Below, piece by piece: positions 8,477 to 17,500 of a DNA stretch of 31,859 nucleotides. Within the stretch, counting starts at the first letter, position 1. Every line of letters starts with the position of its first letter. The notes below the pieces were generated by a model. That model was not told the origin of the DNA, made no database searches, and saw nothing but the letters and a program-made list of their open reading frames with translations. The position numbers were made by a program, and so were the translations under genes. Source of the DNA: Promethearchaeota archaeon (GTDB lineage: Archaea; Asgardarchaeota; Lokiarchaeia; Sigyniarchaeales; SOKP01); contig JAFGOA010000108.1 in the NCBI GenBank assembly GCA_016926735.1, positions 1 through 31,859 on the forward strand. The letters run 5' to 3'.

Positions 8477-11413
8477 TTGGACATAAAAGAAATTGAGCTT
8501 TTAATCTTAAAAGGCAAATACGAAAAAGCTACTTATCAATTATTTGAGCTAATAGATTTATATAAATCGGAAATTGATAAAGAAGATCTTTATAATTGTC
8601 TTAATCTACTTAATTTAATTTGTGATAAATCTCCAAAAATTTCTTTAGAAATAACTAAAGATTTATCTTCCTTTATAAATGACCATAATTCATGGATTAG
8701 ATTAGTTACTTTAGAGATTTATTATCAAATTTCAAATTATAGGCCTAATTTATTGATTGAGTTAATTGATAGAATAAATTCTCGATTATATGATAATGAT
8801 CCCTCTGTTAGAAGAATAGCTGTAATGATTATTGGAAATCTAATATCTACCTTGTATTTCGAATCTAATGAATTAGATGAGATTGTAAAAGAATTTAATG
8901 AAAAATTAATGGATAACGATTGGAAAGTTAAATTACAAGTAATAAAAACAATACAAAAAATAATTATTAAAGACTATACTAAAATAAGAAATTTAGAACC
9001 TCTTTTATCAATGGTAATAATCACTCTAAGAGATGAAGATGAGGATGTAGCTCGAGCTTCAGCAATTTTATTAAAAAATATCGGTAATTTCTATATTTCT
9101 AAAGAAAAAATGTTTTATATTCTTCTTTATCTTTGGCATAATGAGAATAATCGAGTTAAAGAACTAATTGTTTGGTTATTTGGTGAGATTGGAAAAGAAT
9201 CATCTTCAGAAATAATTCCTTTTATTCCAAAGATAATCAAATTTTTGAAAATAGACGATTTTAACATTCAATTAAAAGTAGTAGAAGCATTGAACTCTAT
9301 AGCGTTAAATAATTTTGACCAGATATGGGCAAATATAATCCATACAATTTCCACTATTAGCGAAAAATCTTATAGAAATTCTCTAGGAAATGTCATATAT
9401 CAGTTATCTCAACAACACATTGAACAAATATTTCCCTTTTTAATAGAAGAGTTGGAAAATCCCTCAGAAAATGTAAGAAATACTATTATAATAGTTTTTA
9501 AACGCTTATATGATGAATATAAAATTGAAATTGAAAATGAAATTACTCGAATTCTTTACAAACTTGAATCAAAATATTGGAGAGAAAGAAAAAAAATAAT
9601 TCAGTTATTAAAAAACATTATTCTTATTCTAAGAAAAAAGAAAATTGCTGTATGGATAACTATTGAACTCAACAAACTATTAAAACAAGAGAAAGATCTT
9701 GAAGTCTATGATGAGATTAAATATGCATTAGGAGTAATAAAGAATCAGTTTTCAGATATTGATGATTATATTGAAAAGATAAATGAGGATTTATTGTTTT
9801 TAAAAAACAAAATCAAAGATTTTCAAAAACTTCCAGCACAATTCAGGAAAAAATTAAATTCATATATTAAAAATTTTCAATTTAATATGACACAAATCCA
9901 ATTAAACCAAATGTATAATGATATTTTAGCTAAAATTCAAGATTTTCATAAAAAAATTAACCAATTCGAATTTAAAAGATTAGCTTTCAATTTAATAGAA
10001 GAATGGGAAGAAACTAAAATCCAAATTATTGAAGAATTAGATATTATTAAAAATTTTATCGTTAAAATCTGTGAAGAAAAAAAGGAAGAATTCAAATTAA
10101 ATTTAGAAGTACAAATTAATTTACTTATAGATAGAATTGATATTTTAAAAGCTCAATTCGATTTTATCAAAGAAAAAGATATTGATGATGAGATTTTAGA
10201 AAATATTGATTTAAATTGGTATCATGAGCCAAATATGCAGGATAAGTTTGATTATTTCTCATTATTGAGAAAAAACTTATTTATCCTTGATGTTGAAATA
10301 AGAGAAATGCTGATTAATAACATCGAATTTGATGATATTTTTAAAAATCTATTAAGTACTTGGGTAGATGTAAAAGTAGAAATACAAATGTATTTAAATA
10401 ATTTAGATAGAAAGATTAAAGACATAAAAAAAATGATTGTAAAAGATTTAACCCTCGTTGAGGCTCATGGAGAAAGTTCTAAATCTAAAAATTTTTCGGG
10501 TTTAAATGATGAATTATCATTTCAAATAGTTCAAGGTCATATTCAATCGATAATCTCATTTGGAATAGAAGGTATTAAAAAATTAGATCAGAATTTTGAA
10601 AATCTTTATTCTAAACTTGATATATTAGTTAAAACTGGAAGATTTGATGAGTCTAAAAAATTAGTTGAAATAAATTCTTCTCAAATTAAATCATTTATAA
10701 ATGAAACAGAAAAACAAATTGATGGTATAATTGAAAAAAAAGATGGATTTAAAAAAAATCAAGATGGATTCGATCTATATATTCGTCCCTTTATTGATAA
10801 ATGGAATAATTCTAAAAATTTAATAATTCTAAAACTTAAAAAATTTGTTTCAAATAGTAAAGAAACAATCTATTTGCACGAAATTAAAAATTATTTGAAA
10901 ATTATAAACCCTGTTGATTTTGAACTAATCTCAATGTATATTGGATTAGATGAAAATAAAATTAAGGAATTAGCTTTAAAATATATACAAGAAGGCAAAT
11001 TAGATGCTAAAATAATTGATAATTCGTTATACTCATCTAAATTTGATTCAGAAATACCTATATTTAAAGAATTGAATTTATTTAAGAAAGTTAAATCAAT
11101 AGGCAATCAAATGGAGATAGATATGAAAATTAGCAATCCTTCTCACTATGATTTTACAGATCTTCAAATTATCCTTAAAATCCCACCATATTTAAAATTT
11201 TCAAAGGAAGAAAGTTTTCCAAAATTTTCTCATATTGAAAAATTAAAGGCAAATAGTAATTTTAAATTCAAATACTTACTAAAAATAGATAAGCAAAACC
11301 AAGAAAATCTAATGGATCATTATCAAGATGAGATCAATTTTATAATATATTATAAAGGACCCTATGAGATTTCAAAAAAAATATCAAAAAAGATAAATCT
11401 TCTTTTATCATAG
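8477..11413 (+). CDS. large HEAT-repeat/coiled-coil protein with PCI-like winged helix and C-terminal beta-sandwich-like domain
   Basis: 978 aa, TTG start. HEAT motifs include LYDNDPSVRRIA, LMDNDWKVKLQV and LRDEDEDVARAS. PCI-like segment: VDFELISMYIGLDENKIKELALKYIQEGKLDAKI. The C-terminus is beta-rich (MKISNPSHYDFTDLQIILKIP). Confidence 0.75.
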   Translation: MDIKEIELLILKGKYEKATYQLFELIDLYKSEIDKEDLYNCLNLLNLICDKSPKISLEITKDLSSFINDHNSWIRLVTLEIYYQISNYRPNLLIELIDRINSRLYDNDPSVRRIAVMIIGNLISTLYFESNELDEIVKEFNEKLMDNDWKVKLQVIKTIQKIIIKDYTKIRNLEPLLSMVIITLRDEDEDVARASAILLKNIGNFYISKEKMFYILLYLWHNENNRVKELIVWLFGEIGKESSSEIIPFIPKIIKFLKIDDFNIQLKVVEALNSIALNNFDQIWANIIHTISTISEKSYRNSLGNVIYQLSQQHIEQIFPFLIEELENPSENVRNTIIIVFKRLYDEYKIEIENEITRILYKLESKYWRERKKIIQLLKNIILILRKKKIAVWITIELNKLLKQEKDLEVYDEIKYALGVIKNQFSDIDDYIEKINEDLLFLKNKIKDFQKLPAQFRKKLNSYIKNFQFNMTQIQLNQMYNDILAKIQDFHKKINQFEFKRLAFNLIEEWEETKIQIIEELDIIKNFIVKICEEKKEEFKLNLEVQINLLIDRIDILKAQFDFIKEKDIDDEILENIDLNWYHEPNMQDKFDYFSLLRKNLFILDVEIREMLINNIEFDDIFKNLLSTWVDVKVEIQMYLNNLDRKIKDIKKMIVKDLTLVEAHGESSKSKNFSGLNDELSFQIVQGHIQSIISFGIEGIKKLDQNFENLYSKLDILVKTGRFDESKKLVEINSSQIKSFINETEKQIDGIIEKKDGFKKNQDGFDLYIRPFIDKWNNSKNLIILKLKKFVSNSKETIYLHEIKNYLKIINPVDFELISMYIGLDENKIKELALKYIQEGKLDAKIIDNSLYSSKFDSEIPIFKELNLFKKVKSIGNQMEIDMKISNPSHYDFTDLQIILKIPPYLKFSKEESFPKFSHIEKLKANSNFKFKYLLKIDKQNQENLMDHYQDEINFIIYYKGPYEISKKISKKINLLLS

Positions 11414-11535
11414 GAATTTGTTGTTGAGATATTAGATCTATTATTTCTGATTTACCAAAAATCTCTTTTAAATTGATTATTTTTTATAGAAGAATTTTTA
11501 ACCTTATATTAAATAATCTAACTGTAAAATTACCA

Positions 11536-11547
11536 AAAATTTTATAT
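11536..11547 (+). promoter_or_regulatory. candidate BRE/TATA box for selD
   Basis: AAAATTTATATA about 50 nt upstream of the ATG at 11596; weak evidence in such AT-rich DNA. Confidence 0.3.
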
Positions 11548-11595
11548 ATTCTAATATTAAATTCTATTCTAAATAATTAATACTAATTGAGGTTG

Positions 11596-12624
11596 ATGAA
11601 CAAAATAGAAGATTATAGATTGACTTCTCAAGTAAAGATCCATGGATGATCATGCAAACTAGGTCCATTAAAATTAAAAGAATTACTTAATAGCATCGGA
11701 TTAGGAGAGCAATTTGAAGATGCAGCAGTTATGCCTATTAATGGAACTGATTTAGTATTGGTAAAAAATCTTGATATTTTTACTCCTATTATTGACGAGC
11801 CTGAGATAATGGGTGAAATTGCAGCTTGCAATGTTACTAGCGATATTTTTGCTATGAATATTCCTGAAATAAATGCTGGAATGCTTGTTTTCTTAGCAAT
11901 AAAAAATAACACTCCCATAGAAATTGCTGAGGGAATTCTTAAAGGCATTAAAAAATTTATGGAAAAAATAAACTCAAAAATATGTGGAGGGCATACAATA
12001 TATTGTGAATGGCCTTTAATTGGAGGAGAAGCTTCATGTATCGCTAATAAAGATTGGATTGTCAAAAAAAATGGTGTTAAAAAAGGAGATAAACTAGTCT
12101 TAACCAAACCAATTGGCATACAAGGAGTGATGGCTGCTTATCGGATATTAAAAGAGACTCCTGAACTATTGAATAGCTATTCTGATAATGAATTAAAAAA
12201 ATCTATAGATATGGCAATTAAGGTAATGACCACTCCTAATCAGAATGTTATAAAAACAATCCATTCTTTCAATGATTTTTCTTTTATTCATGCGATGTCC
12301 GATGTAACAGGATTTGGCTTAGCAGGTCATACAAAAGAAATGTTGCAAAATTCAAATCTTTCAGCAATTCTCAAGACAATACCTTCAATCATGCTCTCTA
12401 AAGAATTATCTAATGAATTTGGATATGCTTTTAACGAATGTAATGCTCATGAAACAGCAGGAGGACTTTTAATTGCTGTTGATCCTAAAAAAGTAGAAGA
12501 ATTTACCAATACTCTTTCAAGTAAAAAGATATCTAATTGGATTGTTGGTGAAATAGAGAAGGAAGGATCTAATGATGTTAGAATTTCTAAAAAAATAGAT
12601 TATTTAGAAATTTATAATTTTTAA
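11596..12624 (+). CDS. selD: selenophosphate synthetase (selenide, water dikinase); selenoprotein with Sec at codon 18
   Basis: SD-like GAGGT, then ATG 11596 reading MNKIEDYRLTSQVKIHG-TGA(11647-11649)-SCKLGP, in frame with the 11731 ORF. Downstream motifs: EDAAV, DIFTPI, SDIFAM, GGHT, LTKPIG, DVTGFGLAGH and ETAGGLL. 342 aa. Confidence 0.95.
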
Positions 12625-12699
12625 ATGATGTCAATGATGTAAGTTAAAACGCATTTAGCGACAACTTATTAAGATTTACACCTGTGAGGTGTCATCATT
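12624..12699 (+). promoter_or_regulatory. eukaryote-like SECIS element in the selD 3' UTR
   Basis: AUGA at 12634-12637; stem GUAAGUU/AACUUAU; apical AAAA; mini-helix CGC/GCG; GA at 12673-12674; basal AAUGAUG/CAUCAUU pairing. Confidence 0.75.
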
Positions 12700-12713
12700 A
12701 ACATTTTATCACA

Positions 12714-13531
12714 TTATCTACTTATGTTTCCTCCGAGTTTAAGAATTATCTCTTTTATTTTTTTAAGGATCGTATTTACCATCTTTTCACATTCAGAATC
12801 ACCAAAACAAGTAATTACTAATTCAATTTCTACATTTGGTCCTTTTTTTGGATGAGTTTTTATCCATAATCTAGAATATTCTTTTTTTAATTTACTAATA
12901 TAAGGAGCTATCTGAGATTCTCCTATATTCGAAAAAAAAAATCCTTTTTCAATATAAATCCCTTTTCTTTCTTCTAAAATAGGATAAATGTGGTTGGTAA
13001 ACATTGATTTTAATTCTTGAGGTACTCCTGGTAATAAAAAGATCGTTGTATTATTAATTAAAATTTTAACTCCCGGAGCAGTTCCTTCTGTGTTAAATAA
13101 TGGAACTGATTCATTTGGCATATAAGCCATTTTTTTTCTCTCATGAGTCATACCTTTAAGTTTCAATCTTCCTATTTGATTTAAATTTTCATAAGCCTTT
13201 TCTACCAATTCATAAGCTTTCTGATTTAAAACTAATTCTCTTCCAAGTCCTATAGAGATGCCCTTTGTTGTCATATCATCATATGTTGGGCCTTTGACTT
13301 TAGAATGAAATCTTTCTAAATTAATCCGCCCGATGTTATAACAATATTAGGTTTTCTGTTAATAATTTCTTTAATTGCATTTGAGATTTCAATGAGATCA
13401 TCTCCAACTGTAGTTATTCTCGAAAGTATATGTCCATTTTCAATAATTTTTTTTGCCATCCAATGAGAATTTGTATCTTGAGTATGACCATTGAGAACTT
13501 CATTTGCGATTATTAAAAGTTCTATAATCAT
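12714..13531 (-). CDS. cinA: CinA N-terminal / COG1058 molybdopterin-binding-fold protein; spliced as join(13531..13322, 13292..12714), 262 aa
   Basis: Exon 1: IANEVLNGHTQDTNS...TVGDD...ITSGGL. Exon 2: GPTYDDMT...KMAYMP...GTAPG...LPGVPQE...GESQIAP. Removing 29 nt restores both the frame and the GGLGPTYDDMT motif. Confidence 0.85.
13293..13321 (-). other. putative 29-nt bulge-helix-bulge intron in a protein-coding gene
   Basis: The minus strand reads GGGC GGAU UA|A UUUAGAA agauuuca UUCUAAA GUCA AA|G GCCC: exon helix, 4-nt central helix, two 3-nt bulges and an intron hairpin. Confidence 0.8.
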
Positions 13532-13647
13532 ATAAATTAAAAATTATCTTTTGTAAAAAATATGCATGAAATTTAATTTATTATATATCAAAGAATTGAA
13601 ATGTTTCAATTCATTTTCAATTATATAAAAGAAACTAATATATAATA

Positions 13648-14220
13648 ATGAATTCTAAACCAAAAACAATCGAAATTGATGATAGTGGTACAGGTGATCT
13701 TGTTGGAGATGCATTTATTGGGTTTCATGTAATTGAAACGGGTCAATTATTATTTAAAGAAATTCCTGTTAATCTTTATAATGATAAAAATTTAAGTAAA
13801 GGTGCTCCTAAAAAAAGAATTCTTCAAGTAGTTAAAAATGGATTGGAAGAATTAGGATATAATAAGGATATTGATAAAATAAGGCTTTGTAGAGGTGATT
13901 GTTTTGATATGGTTAGAATCTATTTTGAAAAAAACGCTATTTATTATGAACCCTCTGTTATCGATGGTATTTTACAAACTGCTGTAGAGGCAAAATTTGT
14001 TACTCATTTAAGAAATTTGGGCGTTAGATCGAAAAATTTAACAATAGAAAGTGGAGCAAGGAGGTATTTTATCTTATTTAATTGGGTCTATCGTGATTTT
14101 CCTAAACGCGAAAAATATGTAAAAAGTGGTTTTAAAAAATGGAAATCTGTATGGAGAGAAAGAGCTATTGAAAATTATAAAAAACATAAAAATTCTACCT
14201 ATAAAAAAAAACGTGAGTAA
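13648..14220 (+). CDS. conserved archaeal protein with RNase H-like N-terminal motif
   Basis: IEIDDSGTGDLVG resembles the first-strand acidic motif (DExGxG) of RNase HII/HIII; the C-terminus is basic. Confidence 0.55.
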   Translation: MNSKPKTIEIDDSGTGDLVGDAFIGFHVIETGQLLFKEIPVNLYNDKNLSKGAPKKRILQVVKNGLEELGYNKDIDKIRLCRGDCFDMVRIYFEKNAIYYEPSVIDGILQTAVEAKFVTHLRNLGVRSKNLTIESGARRYFILFNWVYRDFPKREKYVKSGFKKWKSVWRERAIENYKKHKNSTYKKKRE

Positions 14221-14251
14221 TATTATTCAACAATAGTATATAAATTCCTTA

Positions 14252-14941
14252 TTATAATTCTGTTCCACAAGTCTTACATCTTTTTGAATTAGGTGGATTT
14301 TTCTCACCACAAGCAAAACATATGTATAATCCATTTTTATTTTTCTTTTCAAGCTCGATTTGTTGTTTATTTGTATCATTTTTTGATGAAAAAACACTCA
14401 TATCTATTTCTTGCTTTAATCTCTTATCAACATATTCGGGATCATGTGGTGTAAGGATATTAAAATCTTTATTAGCTTTTATTTCTTGAACACCTTTAGG
14501 CATATTTTTAAATTCAGAATTTTTAATTATTTCAAAATCTTGTTGAATAGCCTTAAATTTATTCTCTCTAATTTGATATAAATTTTCATCAAAATTAGGT
14601 TCATTTTCTATTATCTTAGGGGGATTTAATTGATTATTTGATACACTTTGTTTTATATTCTCTTTTTTCTCTATTTTTGGAGGTTCTCTCTTAATAGACT
14701 TTGGTTTAGGAGAATTAAATTTAATCTTCAACTCTTTTATATGATTAATTAATCCTTCTGTTCTTGTATATAACATATTTCGGAATGTAAAATCTAATTT
14801 AGGATTTTTAGACGTTTTTATTGTTAATTCTGTGATCTCTATCCATGTATCTATAGCTTCTACTAAATTATTACTATTTTCTGCCATTTCTGCTTTTTTT
14901 ATCAATAGTGCAAGTAATTTATTGAATTTTGATATGTCCAT
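14252..14941 (-). CDS. MIT-like three-helix domain plus C-terminal zinc ribbon protein
   Basis: N-terminal LIKKAEMAENSNNLVEAIDTW...LYTRTEGLINHIKELK, a low-complexity linker and CFACGEKNPPNSKRCKTCG. Confidence 0.6.
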   Translation of the reverse strand: MDISKFNKLLALLIKKAEMAENSNNLVEAIDTWIEITELTIKTSKNPKLDFTFRNMLYTRTEGLINHIKELKIKFNSPKPKSIKREPPKIEKKENIKQSVSNNQLNPPKIIENEPNFDENLYQIRENKFKAIQQDFEIIKNSEFKNMPKGVQEIKANKDFNILTPHDPEYVDKRLKQEIDMSVFSSKNDTNKQQIELEKKNKNGLYICFACGEKNPPNSKRCKTCGTEL

Positions 14942-15179
14942 TATGATTAAACCTTTTTTTTCAAATTAAAAAAAGTAAATCCAAATATAAAAATTATTGA
15001 GTTTTTTTTTATAGATATATAAAAATGGTAAACATCCTATTGAAACCAATAGAAAATAGGAAAAGTAAATATATGGTTTTATTTTACAATAAATATAAAT
15101 AGAATTTCTAACCAAAATTAAAGTTTAAAATTTTTGATATTATATCATTTTCTTAAATTAAATCAAGATGTAATAATAA

Positions 15180-17066
15180 ATGTCAATAACTCCATTATCC
15201 CAAAATGAAATACAGAGTATAAGAGATTTTATCGAAAAGAATGGTTGGTATCTGAAGGGATATATTGAAAATATTTTTCGGTTTAGTTTAAGAAAAGATA
15301 AAACCTTAATTTTAACTGTTAAATTCCCAGCTGTACTTCCTATTCGATTAAATATCCCATTTGAATTAGCTAATTTTAAAATTTCCTTGATGTTTAGATT
15401 TTGGAATTTAGACACAAATGTATATGATTTTATTCAATATCTCCAGAAAAGTATAAGAGATCTTGCATTGATTATTTCGATTGAAAATAATTTTCCTACA
15501 GAGGGTAGAGAAAAAACATTACTCCAACTTTTAAATCTTATAATACCTGATTTAATAAGAAGCGAAAATGAAAGAGCATGGGTAAATAGAATTCGTATTT
15601 CATTAATGAATAAAAGAGAAGATCTCCATGAAATAAAACCAGAGGAAATAAAATCAATTGTTAATGAATTAGAAAAAATTGGCCTTAAACCAACATTTAA
15701 ACATCCTTGGGAACTTAATAATGGTATTCCAAAATATAGAACTTCTGAAACAATATTTTTCTCAACAGAGGATGTTTTTGATGAATTTTTTATATTTGAA
15801 AAGGATTTTTTTACTTATTTTAAAGATTTAAGAGTAAAAAAAATATATATACGATCCTTTTTTGAAAGTTATAGCCCATTATTAATACAAAAATTATTTG
15901 AAGATGTTAATGAAGTCCAATTAAAAGATTTAGTGAATTATTGGATAAAATTTGCTCGTTCTTTATTGAATTCTATTATAGAGATAATAGAAAAATATAA
16001 TCTAAATGAAAATATTCTATCGACTTTTTCTCCAGATAAAATATTTGAATTTGATGATTTCTTAGAGGAAGAAAATAATTTTCCTCTTTCAGCACTTCAT
16101 TATGAATGTCTAATAACAAAGGCTTTATATCCAATTCATAACGATTTATTAACTGTACCTCCAAATGACTTTGAAGTAATTGAAAATTTAAGTTTATATA
16201 CTAAAGCTGAAGAACTTATGAATAACTACAAATTTAAGGAAGCTACAGATATTTTAACAGAAGCGCTTAAGGTTTTTAATAAATATAAACAAAAAAAGTT
16301 AGTCGTATCAATATTATTATTCCTAAATAAAATCGCTTTAATATTAGATCAACATGATATTGCAGTAAATTATTTAGAAAATGCTCTTTCAGTTGCAAAA
16401 TCTGGAGAAGTTCCAATAAAATATATAATTGATATTCATTATAATGTTGCAAAAATATATGTCAAACTAAAATTTTTTGCAAGAGCTAAAGAACATTTTG
16501 ATATTATTCAAAAATTTTTAGAAAATGAAGAATTAAAATTCGAAGAAAAAGAAGAATATCAAGGATTATCTTTAATCTTTCTTGGATTAATTGCTCAAGA
16601 AATTGAAGAAAATGCAGAAGCAAAAGAATATTATAAAAAAGCATTTCAATTAGGGAATAAATCCATTAAAGTAAGATTAAAATATCATTTAATGAGAGCT
16701 AAATATTATAAAAAAAAAGGAAAATTACCAATAGTACAAAAATTTCTTAAAGCTGGACTATTAGATTTAGATTTCACATCTATTGATAGCAGATCTAAAA
16801 ATATTTTTACAAATTTATTGATGGAGATTGCTGAATATTATATTCATGATAGAACAGACAGAAAAAAAGCGAATTATTACCTTGAGGGAATTAAAAAATC
16901 ATTAATCGTTACAACAATATCAGGAATTAAGAAATCAATTCGATGGAATCTATTAATGAATGATTTCTATAAATTTTTAATAGATGATCAACAAAAAGCT
17001 CAATTTTATTTTAAAAAAAGTCAAGAATTACAAAATCAGCTAAGAATAATAGGATTAAAAGAATAA
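15180..17066 (+). CDS. TPR-containing protein
   Basis: 628 aa. The C-terminal half has TPR-like units (YKFKEATDILTEAL, AVNYLENALSVA, AKEYYKKAFQL). Confidence 0.75.
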   Translation: MSITPLSQNEIQSIRDFIEKNGWYLKGYIENIFRFSLRKDKTLILTVKFPAVLPIRLNIPFELANFKISLMFRFWNLDTNVYDFIQYLQKSIRDLALIISIENNFPTEGREKTLLQLLNLIIPDLIRSENERAWVNRIRISLMNKREDLHEIKPEEIKSIVNELEKIGLKPTFKHPWELNNGIPKYRTSETIFFSTEDVFDEFFIFEKDFFTYFKDLRVKKIYIRSFFESYSPLLIQKLFEDVNEVQLKDLVNYWIKFARSLLNSIIEIIEKYNLNENILSTFSPDKIFEFDDFLEEENNFPLSALHYECLITKALYPIHNDLLTVPPNDFEVIENLSLYTKAEELMNNYKFKEATDILTEALKVFNKYKQKKLVVSILLFLNKIALILDQHDIAVNYLENALSVAKSGEVPIKYIIDIHYNVAKIYVKLKFFARAKEHFDIIQKFLENEELKFEEKEEYQGLSLIFLGLIAQEIEENAEAKEYYKKAFQLGNKSIKVRLKYHLMRAKYYKKKGKLPIVQKFLKAGLLDLDFTSIDSRSKNIFTNLLMEIAEYYIHDRTDRKKANYYLEGIKKSLIVTTISGIKKSIRWNLLMNDFYKFLIDDQQKAQFYFKKSQELQNQLRIIGLKE

Positions 17067-17077
17067 TAATAAAGGAT

Positions 17078-17281
17078 TTAGTCTGTAAATTTATTTCTTT
17101 TTGCTCCAATAGAGTTTGGTTGACCTGAATATACCCCTTTTTTAAATCTTAAATTATAAAGCTCTCTATATCTGATTCTTGGGGGTTTCTTCGATTGGGA
17201 ATTCACTCCTGTTTTTTCTATTTTTGGAGTCTGCATTTTTACTTTTCCAGCTTTGGTTAAACTTCCATGAGAACCTGGCAT
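17078..17281 (-). CDS. rps30e: 30S ribosomal protein S30e (eS30)
   Basis: HGSLTKAGKVKMQTPKI signature and PPRIRYRELYNLRF. Confidence 0.95.
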   Translation of the reverse strand: MPGSHGSLTKAGKVKMQTPKIEKTGVNSQSKKPPRIRYRELYNLRFKKGVYSGQPNSIGAKRNKFTD

Positions 17282-17367
17282 TAATTTTCACTTAAATATT
17301 ATTATTATATATAAATAGTAAAAAGATCTTAAAAAAATAAACTTTTCTATTAAATTATTATATATTG

Positions 17368-17500
17368 ATCTTCCACTTCTTATTCTTTTGAACTACTCAC
17401 ACCTAAAGGAGTGAAATTTGTAGGTTACTAATTAATAGATTTTTAACTCTAATGGGTGGTTCAAGCACCCTCTATCCCCTATCCATTGGGATTTAGGGAC
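17368..17500 (-). ncRNA. predicted omegaRNA (reRNA) scaffold plus guide from the flank
   Basis: GC-rich structured segment (GGGTGCTTGAACCACCC) overlapping the tnpB 3' end and the right-end hairpin. The guide would begin AAGAAUAAGAAGUGGAAGAU. The 5' limit is unknown. Confidence 0.45.

Noticed and set aside
11647-11649. Genome-wide UGA reassignment
   Set aside because: Other genes end normally at TGA (1695, 20228, 28134); this UGA is at the known Sec site and has a SECIS-like element.
12714-13531. cinA as two separate genes or a simple frameshift pseudogene
   Set aside because: The break is a discrete 29-nt structured insert whose removal restores the motif exactly, and there are no other lesions. 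A pseudogene is not fully excluded but is less parsimonious.
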